DNA from: an uncultured Acidobacteriaceae bacterium
GTDB taxonomy: Bacteria > Acidobacteriota > Terriglobia > Terriglobales > Acidobacteriaceae
DNA length: 64,000 nt
Assembly: GCA_963828635.1 (NCBI GenBank)
Contig: CAWHFA010000001.1
Span: forward strand, 75,030 to 139,029
Direction of reading: 5' to 3'
A model generated the notes under the pieces. It ran no database searches. It was not told the DNA's origin and was given only the letters and a program-made list of their open reading frames with translations. Shown here piece after piece: positions 55,535 through 64,000 of the stretch; position 1 is the stretch's first letter, and every line of letters begins with the position of its first letter. Both the position numbers and the translations under genes were made by a program.

Positions 55535-57652
55535 TCAGTCGAAAGCGCTTTGCGCATCTGGCGGTTTCGCTTTTGTGTTGCCGTTCAGGTAGCGATCAAA
55601 CCAATACATCTGCCAGTTGAGACTCTCTACCAGGTGTTTTGGTTCACCTGTGCGCGTAAGGTTGTGATTCTCTCGCGGAAAAATTACCAACTCGGAGGGC
55701 ACGCCGTAGTGCTGAAGCGCCCGAAACCACTGTTCGCCCTGCTCGAGAGGAAGTTGAAAGTCCATCTCGGAATGAAGAATCAGAGTGGGCGTACGGACGT
55801 TCCGGGCATGTTTGAGTGGTGAGGCCTCCCAGTACTGCTCGAAGTCGTCAAAGAGAATCCCTTTAAAATATTCCTCGTGTCCGTATGGCTGCCAGCGCGT
55901 TCCCTCATCGCTGATGAAGTTGGAAAGTGAGCGAACGGTAACGGCGGCCTTGAATCGGACGTTGTGCGAAACGATCCAATTAGTCATTTCGCCGCCGTAA
56001 CTTCCGCCTGTTACGCCCATGCTCGTTGGGTCGATCCAAGGGTAGCGTTTTAGCGCTTCGTCAACTCCCGCCATTATGTCTTGATAGTCCATGACATTCC
56101 AGTTGTTAATCTCACCGCGCTCAAAATTCTCTCCGTACCCAACGGATCCCCTCGGGTTGCAAAAGAAGACCGCCCAGCCCTTCGCGGAATAAATCTGGAA
56201 TTCCTGATACCATCCCACGCCGAACATGTCTCTCGGCCCCCCATGAATCACCAGAACTAGAGGGTATTTCTTGCTTGCCTGCCATCCCAGAGGCTTTACA
56301 AGAAAGCCATCAATAGGCCAACCATCAGTACTTCTGTACTGCCACCGTTCGACCGGTTGTAAGTCGAGGTGCGCCCATAATTCGCGGTTAAGCTGAGTCA
56401 GTCGGTGTTCGGAAGTACCGTCGAGGTTGGATACGTAAAGATCGTCCATATGCTGGAAATCATTGGACAGATAAACCAATTTTCCGGCACTTTCGTTGAC
56501 ATCAAAGTCGTGGACCTGACGAGGCCCCGAGGTAACGCTAGAGATTCGATCCGAGTCAGGGTCCCCCCGAAAAATCTGCGCTTCCCCCTTCGCGTTGGCC
56601 TGGAACAAAACGGAGTGCCGCGCTGACCAGCGCAACTCCGTGGGTATGAGATCGAGACCCTTCATGGAAAGACGCGAGGCGCTCTGGCCGGAAGACTTTG
56701 CAATATAGAGTTTTGGGAACTGATGGTATGCGGTTTTGCCGGTGAAGAGAATCTCTTTGCCGTCAGCAGACCAGCGCGGATTTTCGTCCGCGAAGTCATG
56801 ATCGGAGATCTTGGTCAATGGTCCACCCGTTGCCGGAATCACCCAGACGTCCGTGTTGTGACGGATATCGTCGTAGGCCTTCCCCGTACGATCGGACACA
56901 AAGGCAATGCGTGTACCATCTGGCGACCACTGCGGATCAGTATCGTTCCAGTCCGGGCCATCTGTTATTTGACGAGTACTGCCGTCCAGAACATTCACGA
57001 CCCACAAATGCTGACGATTACCGTCATCCCATCCGGTATCACTGAATTTGTACATTGTGTGTGTATAGTGGCGCACGTCGCTCTTACGCTTTGCGATCGG
57101 AATTTCATCATTAGGGCCGGAAAGACTAACGACTACAATTTGAGTCCCATCTGAGGACCATTGAAAACCCTGAACGCCATTCTTCAATTTTGTAAGTGCA
57201 ACTCCTCCATTGCCAGAAACTATTGGCAACAGATAAATCTGTGATTTGGAGTTCCCGGCCCCTGAAGAATCTAGATTGTGATTGGAGAGCATTGCCAGCG
57301 TCTTTCCGTCTGGGCTCCAGCGAGGATTATTGCAACTGAACTCGCTGCCACTCAACCTTCTCGGGGCGCCAGACCCGTCGGTGGGGGTCAACCAGATTGA
57401 GGATTTGCGACGGTTTATCTTTTGATCGACCGTAGTCAAAACGTAGGCAACTGTTTTGCCATCGGGAGAAAGATGCGGGTCAGTGAGTGTTTCAAAGGAA
57501 AAGTAATCCTCGGGCACGATGCCACGCTTGGTCTGAGCATCTGTTAATTGGGGTCCAGCGACGCTGAGCAACACAAGGCATGCGAAGATGAAATTTTGTT
57601 TAAGTCGTAACAATTGACCTGCTCGCTGCCACCTGTTTTGTTTTCTTAGCAA
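55535..57652 (-). CDS. S9-family serine peptidase (prolyl oligopeptidase / acylaminoacyl peptidase type) with an N-terminal TolB-like propeller
   Basis: 705 aa with a signal peptide and 'SPDGK' propeller repeats. The catalytic nucleophile elbow is 'GVTGGSYGG', followed by a C-terminal alpha/beta hydrolase region. Confidence 0.85.
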   Translation of the reverse strand: MLRKQNRWQRAGQLLRLKQNFIFACLVLLSVAGPQLTDAQTKRGIVPEDYFSFETLTDPHLSPDGKTVAYVLTTVDQKINRRKSSIWLTPTDGSGAPRRLSGSEFSCNNPRWSPDGKTLAMLSNHNLDSSGAGNSKSQIYLLPIVSGNGGVALTKLKNGVQGFQWSSDGTQIVVVSLSGPNDEIPIAKRKSDVRHYTHTMYKFSDTGWDDGNRQHLWVVNVLDGSTRQITDGPDWNDTDPQWSPDGTRIAFVSDRTGKAYDDIRHNTDVWVIPATGGPLTKISDHDFADENPRWSADGKEILFTGKTAYHQFPKLYIAKSSGQSASRLSMKGLDLIPTELRWSARHSVLFQANAKGEAQIFRGDPDSDRISSVTSGPRQVHDFDVNESAGKLVYLSNDFQHMDDLYVSNLDGTSEHRLTQLNRELWAHLDLQPVERWQYRSTDGWPIDGFLVKPLGWQASKKYPLVLVIHGGPRDMFGVGWYQEFQIYSAKGWAVFFCNPRGSVGYGENFERGEINNWNVMDYQDIMAGVDEALKRYPWIDPTSMGVTGGSYGGEMTNWIVSHNVRFKAAVTVRSLSNFISDEGTRWQPYGHEEYFKGILFDDFEQYWEASPLKHARNVRTPTLILHSEMDFQLPLEQGEQWFRALQHYGVPSELVIFPRENHNLTRTGEPKHLVESLNWQMYWFDRYLNGNTKAKPPDAQSAFD

Positions 57653-57666
57653 AGTGCGTCCCCTAT

Positions 57667-58362
57667 TTAGCCTGCCTCCCGCGCACTTCGGTCGGCGACA
57701 GTGAAGAGTAGCTCAAACTTCGTACCCAACGGAGTGATTTTCGCGGCTAATTTTTTCTGCTGGTGAAGGCTAACGTCGGCTTCAAATTCCAAGACAATGT
57801 CCTGGTCAGCCCGTAAAACCTGGAAGCTCTCGATAGAAACCTTCGAGTCCGCGAACGCCGCGTTTGTAGCAGCCATTGTTCGCTCCAGGTTATCCGTGGT
57901 CAGTCGAAAAACCATCCTTCGAACTTTCAAGCCGAAGATACTCTCAAGCTGACCGACTACTATGAGGAGGATTAGGATAACAAAACAAGTACAGGCCGCT
58001 GTCCAATAGAGCCCCCCTCCCACTGCCATTCCGATGCTCGCTACTACGAACATCGTGGCAGCTGTCGTCAAACCAATTACCCCACCGCGCTCACGCATAA
58101 TGGCACCCGCACCCAAAAATCCGATTCCGGGAATGATTTGTGCAGCTATGCGAGTGTGGTCCCCAATTCCATACTTCGAAGCCAATTCGTCAGAGAGGAG
58201 GGTGAATGCCGAAGCTCCAACACAGATGAACATATTGGTGCGCAAGCCAGCAGGTTTGTGGCGAATCGAGCGCTCAAGGCCTATGAGTCCACCAAGAAAG
58301 GCGGAAAAAACGATACGAAAAACAATGGGCCAGGTTATATCAAGATTGGCGAATGGGTGCAT
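57667..58362 (-). CDS. MgtC/SapB-family membrane protein
   Basis: 'FSAFLGGLIGLERSIRHKPAGLRTNMFICVGASAF' and 'AAQIIPGIGFLGAGAI'. The ATG at 58362 is preferred over the track start 58500, whose extension is Arg/Ser-rich. Confidence 0.8.
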   Translation of the reverse strand: MHPFANLDITWPIVFRIVFSAFLGGLIGLERSIRHKPAGLRTNMFICVGASAFTLLSDELASKYGIGDHTRIAAQIIPGIGFLGAGAIMRERGGVIGLTTAATMFVVASIGMAVGGGLYWTAACTCFVILILLIVVGQLESIFGLKVRRMVFRLTTDNLERTMAATNAAFADSKVSIESFQVLRADQDIVLEFEADVSLHQQKKLAAKITPLGTKFELLFTVADRSAREAG

Positions 58363-58551
58363 CTGCCTCCTCAAAAAATGTACTGGTAATACCAAACGCT
58401 CCACTGGTGTGGACCTTCGAACTGAGCTGTGGGGAGGGCGGCGTTGCGACGCAGAGTCCGACTTGGCCAACCGCGGCGTTAGCAAAAACGAAAAACTCAC
58501 TCGAGTAACGGCCCTTCGTGGTCAGCCGTCCGCAGGATGCCAGAACATTCC

Positions 58552-61444
58552 CTACTCCTTAGAACTTGTCCACCGAATGCCTGCGGCGAAACTAGGACCG
58601 TAGAATTCACGCTGGATGGGATACTGCGGGCTCCCTTGATAGAAGCCGAAGACCTCATTATTCAGATTGAGTATGGATCCAATTAGCTTGAGCCTGGGCT
58701 TAATGCGAAAGCTGCCTTGCAAATCTAATTGTGTGTGGGCATAGGTATATTGATCGCCAAGGGGTCCTTTGACTCCGAGGGGCGCGCCGTCGACATAGCC
58801 GTATTGGTAAATGTAGGCGGCATTGTGCGTGAGACCAAGCCGGGCTGAAAGCCGGCTCTTGTCATAGGTCACGCCAACGTTAAAGTTGTTCGGGCCTTGA
58901 CGTACCAACGCAGGGTCAATGGCACGCTGAGGTACAACTGCGCTCGAGGTGGTGTGGCTATAATTCACGGTGGCGCCAAAACCGCTAAGGAAACCCGGCA
59001 AAAATGTGAAGAGTTGCTGATACGCCGCCTCTACTCCCAAAATGTGGGCGGTAGTTCCATTGGTCGGGCGAACTTGCGTAAAACCATTGAAACTCCCAGA
59101 GGTAATGGGACTGTTGATAGAAAAGATTGGATCATGGAGATCTTTGTAAAATACCCCTACTTGAATGATGCCGACAGGCTTCAAGTAATGCTCCGCAAGA
59201 AGGTCGTAGTTGTTCGCGGTAGTGGGTCTTAGAGATGGATTTCCGACACTTACCTGCTGGTTGGAATCATCTTCCAATATAAAAGGTGGAAGATCGGAGA
59301 AATTCGGGCGGGCAATTCCACGTCCATAACCGGCGCGAAGACTTGTATTCGAGGTAATTGCGTATTGCAAATTTATACTGGGCAGAACATTTAAGTAAGA
59401 GTTGTTTCCAAGAACAGGTGTGGTTGAGACGTAGTCGCCGTTACTGTCAAAAGTCACGTGATAGCCTGTGAAATTCGACTTTGTGGCTTCGAATCGCACG
59501 CCCGTTTCCAGCCGCGCTTTGCCAAATGTAATCGTGTTCATTAGATACCCGGCGTATATACGCTCGATAGTGTGGTAATTGTTCGGGTCTGAACGTCCTC
59601 GGGTCTGGTTTACGTCTAACATGATGGAACTAGGGTTGGCGGCCTCAAACGCAAGTATCTTGTTGTAATTCGAGAGTGGCGGCAGTTTGTATTGTCCAAA
59701 ATAGTAGTTTGAATCCTTGGGACCATTTCCCAACACCTGGCTATACAGAAGCGTGGGGCTGCCGGTTGCGACCAGAACCGGCTCGTAAGTCTTGTTGGTT
59801 TTGTCCCCGTTCCGTACTTTGCCTCCAAATTGAAAAGATCCAAAATGCGAACCGATCAGATAGTGTCGCGCCAGCGACGCTGATCCCTCGAGGTCCAACT
59901 CTCTAACGGGATCAATGGCGCCCACAGTTTTGGTGAAAGTGTAGATAGACGGATCGTAAATATTGATGCCATTCAGTACAGGAAACTTGGGCGTAGAAGG
60001 AGTCGAGGTATCAATCCCGAACGCCACGTTCGATGGGCTGCGGAAATATGTGCTGGGAAACTGCCCGTCCTGGCGCTCCCGGGAAACTCCGAATTCGTAA
60101 TCGAAAAGATACTTTCCGAGATTTAATGTTTCTCCGGCGGCAACGCTGTAAATCCGCTGCTCTGGCGTGCGGTTCAAATGCCTAAGTACGACGTTTCCGG
60201 TATTGTCCGATGTTGATTGCGTAAGTAGGTTGCCAACATTTTCCTGTACGTTCCATGTGTCGCCGAAATCCTTAAATTCGGAAAATAGTCCTCGGATAAA
60301 CGCACTCGATCCATTACTTAACCGATAGTCGGCGCCGCCGGCGAAACCATACCGATGACGGCGGAATGCATACTCACGCAAGTGGGTGCCGCCAAATACT
60401 GGAACGAATCCCCGACCGTCCATAAAATCATTCACGCCGGGTGATGGTTCGTTATCGTTATAACCTCGTCCATTGAAATCATAGCTGCCTCCGAACGCCA
60501 CTCCGAGGCGCTTCTGAACACCGAAACGTTTGCTCATAGTCGCATCTTCCTGAGTAAGCCAGCGACCGTTCACGATTGGTGTGTATCCGCCCATGGCAGT
60601 GAAACTGTAAAAAGGGGTGTCGTCGGCGGTCCTGGTAACCAAATTAATGGAACCGCCAATTGCGTCGCCGTCCTGATTAGCGGAGAGAGTCTTGCTGACT
60701 TCTATGGACTCGACCAAGTCGGCGGGGATGATGTCCAACTTTACATTGCGCACATCGCGTTCCGGAGACGACACGTGCACGCCATTGATTGTGACATTGC
60801 TGAGACGCGGTTCGGTTCCTCGAATCTGAACGTACTTACCTTCGCCTTCGTCGCGCTCCAATGAAACTCCGGGGAGCCGGCCCAGGGCGTCGGCCACATT
60901 TGTATTCGGCAAGCTGGTAATAACCTCAGCGGGCAATACTTCCAATATGGTATCTGCCGTGCGCTCACGGTTCAGCGCCTCGAGCTCGCCATGCTCGCGC
61001 TCTCCGCGAACAACAATTTCCTCGTTAACCGACTCGATGTGAAGAGGGGCATCCACTTGCACAACCTGCCCCGCGACAACGGTGACCGGCGTGGAATAGT
61101 CGGAGAATCCTAAGTACGAGATCGTCAGAGTGTAGGCACCAGCTGGCACTTCAGGAATGGTGAATTGCCCCTGATCATTCGATATCGCTGCCAGCCCGGT
61201 GGGCTGAAGTTCGGCGCGCGCGCCTTGTAAGGCGGAGTGCCGGGGATCCGTGGTCCTGCCGCTTATTGCACCGGTCCCACTTTTTCCCGCAGGCACCTGT
61301 GGAGCTCTGCCCCCACACCGAAAGGATCGGCAAAGAAAACAAAATGACCGCAAAGAACGCGGTGGCAGCGCTACGGCCGCGGGGCAGCATCATTACGCTG
61401 TATGGCGTCTTCGCGACCGCACCAGGAATAACTTTCCGTGTCAT
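58552..61444 (-). pseudogene. TonB-dependent receptor with an N-terminal carboxypeptidase-regulatory-like domain. The signal peptide lies in a different frame.
   Basis: ORF 58552..61353 holds 'GAISGRTTDP...', plug 'ILEVLPAEVITSLPNTNVADALGRLPGVS' and a long barrel. ORF 61175..61486 supplies 'MTRKV..MLPRGRSAATAFFAVILFSLPILSVW' (ATG 61444 behind GGAGGA). The junction lies within 61281-61314, which contains ttttt and ccccc runs. Confidence 0.75.
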
Positions 61445-61738
61445 ATTCTCCTCCAGCTGTTTGAAGTCGCCGATTCTCCGTTGCAAAGAGTATCAGGCGT
61501 TCTAACAATTACCACCCGCGCCAAGGAATGAGTGTGAACACAAAGTATTACAGGAAGATGAAAATCCGACCGCTATTTCTAATCGGTGCGCGATTTATTG
61601 GAGTTAGGTTATGCTCTCCATAACCGACTTCATATGTATAAGCAAAACTGATCTGTTGCATAACCTCTCAGAACTACTTCTGCAAAACATCCGCGTCGCG
61701 CGGTATTTTTGTTTCTCTGTGTCGTAGTATGAGAAATC

Positions 61739-62428
61739 ATGTCTAGTATTCGACTAGTAATTTTTGACATTGGCGGAACCATCATCGAAGACAATGGAGA
61801 AGTGATAGCCGCATTTTCGCAAGCCCTTGAGAAAAATGGCATCTCCGCTACTCCCGCTGAATTGAAGCCGCTAAAGGGTTCTTCCAAGCGAGATGTAATC
61901 AAGCATTTTGTCGAGCGAGAGCACGGCAAGGGGAATAGTGATAACGAAGCCAGGATCGCCAATGCTTATCGGGATTTCAGATCGGAACTGGAAAACAAGT
62001 TTTCGAATGGTGGGATCAAACCCATTCCCGGAGCAGTGGCTACCTTTGAATGGCTTAAAGCACATAACATTATGTGCGCCACAACTACTGGTTTTTACCG
62101 GTCACTTACTGAAACCATATTGAATTCTACTGGCTGGCAAAACACCTTTGCCGCCAATATATGCAGCGATGATGTGAAAGATGGCCGCCCAGCTCCATTC
62201 ATGATCTTCCGCGCAATGGAAGCATCAAGGGTTGGCGATGTACGGCAGGTCCTCAATATTGGGGATACTCCGCTGGACCTTCAGGCCGGAAACCGGTCTG
62301 GTGTCATAGGGGTGATCGGAGTGTTGTCGGGTATTCACAAAGAAGATCGGCTGCTTCCAGAATCCCCTTCTTACTTAATTCCAAGCGTGGCAGAGCTTCC
62401 ATTGCTTATTGAAACCCACTACTCGTGA
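61739..62428 (+). CDS. HAD-superfamily hydrolase of the phosphonatase-like subgroup
   Basis: Motif I is 'VIFDIGGTII', where the second Asp is replaced as in the phosphonoacetaldehyde-hydrolase-like 'DxAGT' variant. 'TTGF', 'KDGRPAP' and 'IGDTPLD' follow. Confidence 0.65.
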   Translation: MSSIRLVIFDIGGTIIEDNGEVIAAFSQALEKNGISATPAELKPLKGSSKRDVIKHFVEREHGKGNSDNEARIANAYRDFRSELENKFSNGGIKPIPGAVATFEWLKAHNIMCATTTGFYRSLTETILNSTGWQNTFAANICSDDVKDGRPAPFMIFRAMEASRVGDVRQVLNIGDTPLDLQAGNRSGVIGVIGVLSGIHKEDRLLPESPSYLIPSVAELPLLIETHYS

Positions 62429-62453
62429 TGCATTAATGAATAGAAAAAGTATT

Positions 62454-63392
62454 TCAGACGCAGATGGATGCAGGCGCAAGCAAAACTGACCGAAAGGCCT
62501 TCGCGGCAGCGCTTAGAACAGATTTTTTTCGAGAGACCAATGTCAGCGGACGCTCAAGCGTAAGCTCCTTAACTTTAAGGGACCTCAACGAACCGGACGC
62601 AACTTCGGCCTGCACTGTTCGGGAAGACAGGATGGCGACCCCAAGATCCGCTTCTACCAATGCTTTAATGACCTGATTGTTATTGAGCTCCAATCCGTAA
62701 ATGAGACGAACTCCTATTTCCGAAAATTTGCTGTCCACAAATAGTCTTGTGCCGGAAGTGGGTTCACGCACAAGAAACGTTTCTTGCGAGAGTTCTGCGG
62801 CCGCAATCTCGGCCTCAGTCGCAAACCGGTGTCGTTTCCCAACCACAACGACAAGTTCATCAATACCAAATTTCTCACCATTCAGATCGTCAGGAATGGA
62901 ATGAGAGAGCGTAACGCCGAGCTCAAAACGACCATCCGCGACGATGCCTTCAACCTGTCGCGAGTTATAAACCTGAAGGTTCAAGGCAACCTCAGGATGT
63001 CGCGTGCGGAAGTCTCCCAATGCCTTGGGAAGGACGTACTCTGCTGCGATAACAACACTTGCAATATCAAGGCGTCCGACAATTACTTCCCGCAACTCGG
63101 CAGTTTCCCGTTCAGCTGCCGCGACTCGTTGCAATATGTCGTTGGCATGCCGATTGAGAAGAACGCCAGACTCGGTTAGGTAAGCTTTCCTTCCGACACG
63201 GCGGAAAAGCACAACTCGAAGTTTTGTCTCCAGTTCGTGGACTTGAGTCGAAACATACGGTTGGCTTACGTGAAGTTCCTCAGCGGCTCGGGAAAAACTG
63301 GCAAGCCGGGCCACCGATTCAAATATTCTCAGGCCTGAGACAGTGACCGAAGGTGGAGGATAAGGACCTTGGGGGGCTTCGTTGTCCTTCAT
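62454..63392 (-). CDS. LysR-family transcriptional regulator
   Basis: The N-terminal wHTH is 'LRIFESVARLASFSRAAEELHVSQPYVSTQVHELE'. A C-terminal substrate-binding domain follows. It is divergent from the downstream aminotransferase gene. Confidence 0.85.
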   Translation of the reverse strand: MKDNEAPQGPYPPPSVTVSGLRIFESVARLASFSRAAEELHVSQPYVSTQVHELETKLRVVLFRRVGRKAYLTESGVLLNRHANDILQRVAAAERETAELREVIVGRLDIASVVIAAEYVLPKALGDFRTRHPEVALNLQVYNSRQVEGIVADGRFELGVTLSHSIPDDLNGEKFGIDELVVVVGKRHRFATEAEIAAAELSQETFLVREPTSGTRLFVDSKFSEIGVRLIYGLELNNNQVIKALVEADLGVAILSSRTVQAEVASGSLRSLKVKELTLERPLTLVSRKKSVLSAAAKAFRSVLLAPASICV

Positions 63393-63499
63393 AAGGATTG
63401 CCCGAACCAGATTGATCTGATCTAGAACGAAAGTTTACCTCATGGCGGGCCTATCGAGAATGTGGAATGCTCAGTGTATCCATTTTTAGAGGAGAGATT

Positions 63500-64000
63500 A
63501 TGTTACTCGCTGACCGCACCAAAAAACTTACGCCACCGGGCACCTCGAAAATACGAGAACTCGCGAACGAACTGAAGCGATCTGGAATTGATGTAATCAA
63601 TTTCGCCGCGGGTGAGTTGGATGGTAGCGCAAGCGATGTGATCAAGGATGGAGCAAGACTCGCGATTAAGGACGGGCGAAATAAATATACGCCCACAATG
63701 GGCATGAAGGCGTTGCGGGAAAGCATTGCGGAGGAGGTATCAAGGCGCTGCGGCACTCCGTACCTCTGGGAGGAGGTTGGCATTACCGCCGGTGCAAAGC
63801 AGGCTCTTTACAATTCGGCGATGGTGCTCTTAAACCCTGGTGATGAAGTCATAATTCCCAAGCCTTACTGGGTAACATTCCCGGCTCAAGTCGAGATTGC
63901 GGGAGGTAAACCAGTCTTTGTTGACACTAAACAGACGAACTATCATCTCCACGCGAACACTGTCGAGAGTGCAGTTACCTCTAAAACCAAGGCAATCATT
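63500..64000 (+). CDS. Class I/II PLP aminotransferase, 5' part only (runs off the window)
   Basis: An ATG at 63500 sits behind GGAGAG. The frame stays open to 64000 and is absent from the ORF track because it has no stop. 'INFAAGELD', 'YTPTMGMKALRESIA' and 'GAKQALYNSAMVLLNPGDEVIIPKPYWVTFP' are aminotransferase fold-type I motifs. Confidence 0.75.
   Translation, partial: MLLADRTKKLTPPGTSKIRELANELKRSGIDVINFAAGELDGSASDVIKDGARLAIKDGRNKYTPTMGMKALRESIAEEVSRRCGTPYLWEEVGITAGAKQALYNSAMVLLNPGDEVIIPKPYWVTFPAQVEIAGGKPVFVDTKQTNYHLHANTVESAVTSKTKAII

Noticed and set aside
1-64000. Scan for CRISPR arrays, transposases, integrases, phage modules, restriction-modification systems or known defence and toxin-antitoxin genes
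   Set aside because: No regularly spaced direct repeats were found. No ORF has DDE/HUH transposase, tyrosine or serine recombinase, capsid or terminase, methyltransferase or nuclease-helicase defence signatures that I could recognise.

Overview
The window is a chromosomal, mostly housekeeping segment. Its protein architectures look typical of Acidobacteriota: carboxypeptidase-regulatory-domain TonB receptors and secreted proteins, a Ser/Thr kinase fused to a TolB-like propeller, and orphan MacB/FtsX permeases. This taxonomic guess is inference only. All calls come from reading the ORF translations and the DNA by eye, and no database search was possible.

I count about 54 protein genes and one tRNA-Met(CAU). 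Recognisable blocks:
- A Met/Thr cluster: a trans-sulfuration PLP enzyme divergent from thrC-thrB.
- The conserved proteostasis cluster tig-clpP-clpX-lon.
- Two tandem MacB-like permeases.
- An envelope glycosyltransferase group: two HpnI/glucosylceramide-synthase-like GT2 paralogs plus a GT39 gene.
- A hybrid histidine kinase.
- bamA-skp.
- A molybdopterin oxidoreductase.
- xseB.
- A fused homocysteine methyltransferase/MTHFR gene.
- fetA-fetB-like exporter genes.
- pgsA, coaD and an aspartate aminotransferase.
- A GDP-mannose trio (PMI, mannose-1-P guanylyltransferase, phosphomannomutase).
- An M48 peptidase, kdsB, an S9 peptidase and MgtC.
- A TonB-dependent receptor.
- A LysR-controlled locus that runs off the 3' end.

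I found no CRISPR array, transposase, integrase or phage gene, and no recognisable defence or toxin-antitoxin system. I cannot honestly nominate a convincing new multi-gene system.

The strongest sequence-level anomaly is 16 reading-frame breaks, all downstream of 27.6 kb. Twelve of them fall in 9 kb, across five consecutive genes that include the essential bamA. By hand alignment, 14 of the 16 behave as a single extra base.

Secondary signals:
- A compact three-gene operon of unknown function behind a phased GTACC palindromic operator (16.6-17.6 kb).
- Two families of short dispersed intergenic repeats or hairpins.
- A nested inverted-repeat element downstream of bamA.
- A near-consensus sigma70 promoter with a long leader upstream of skp.
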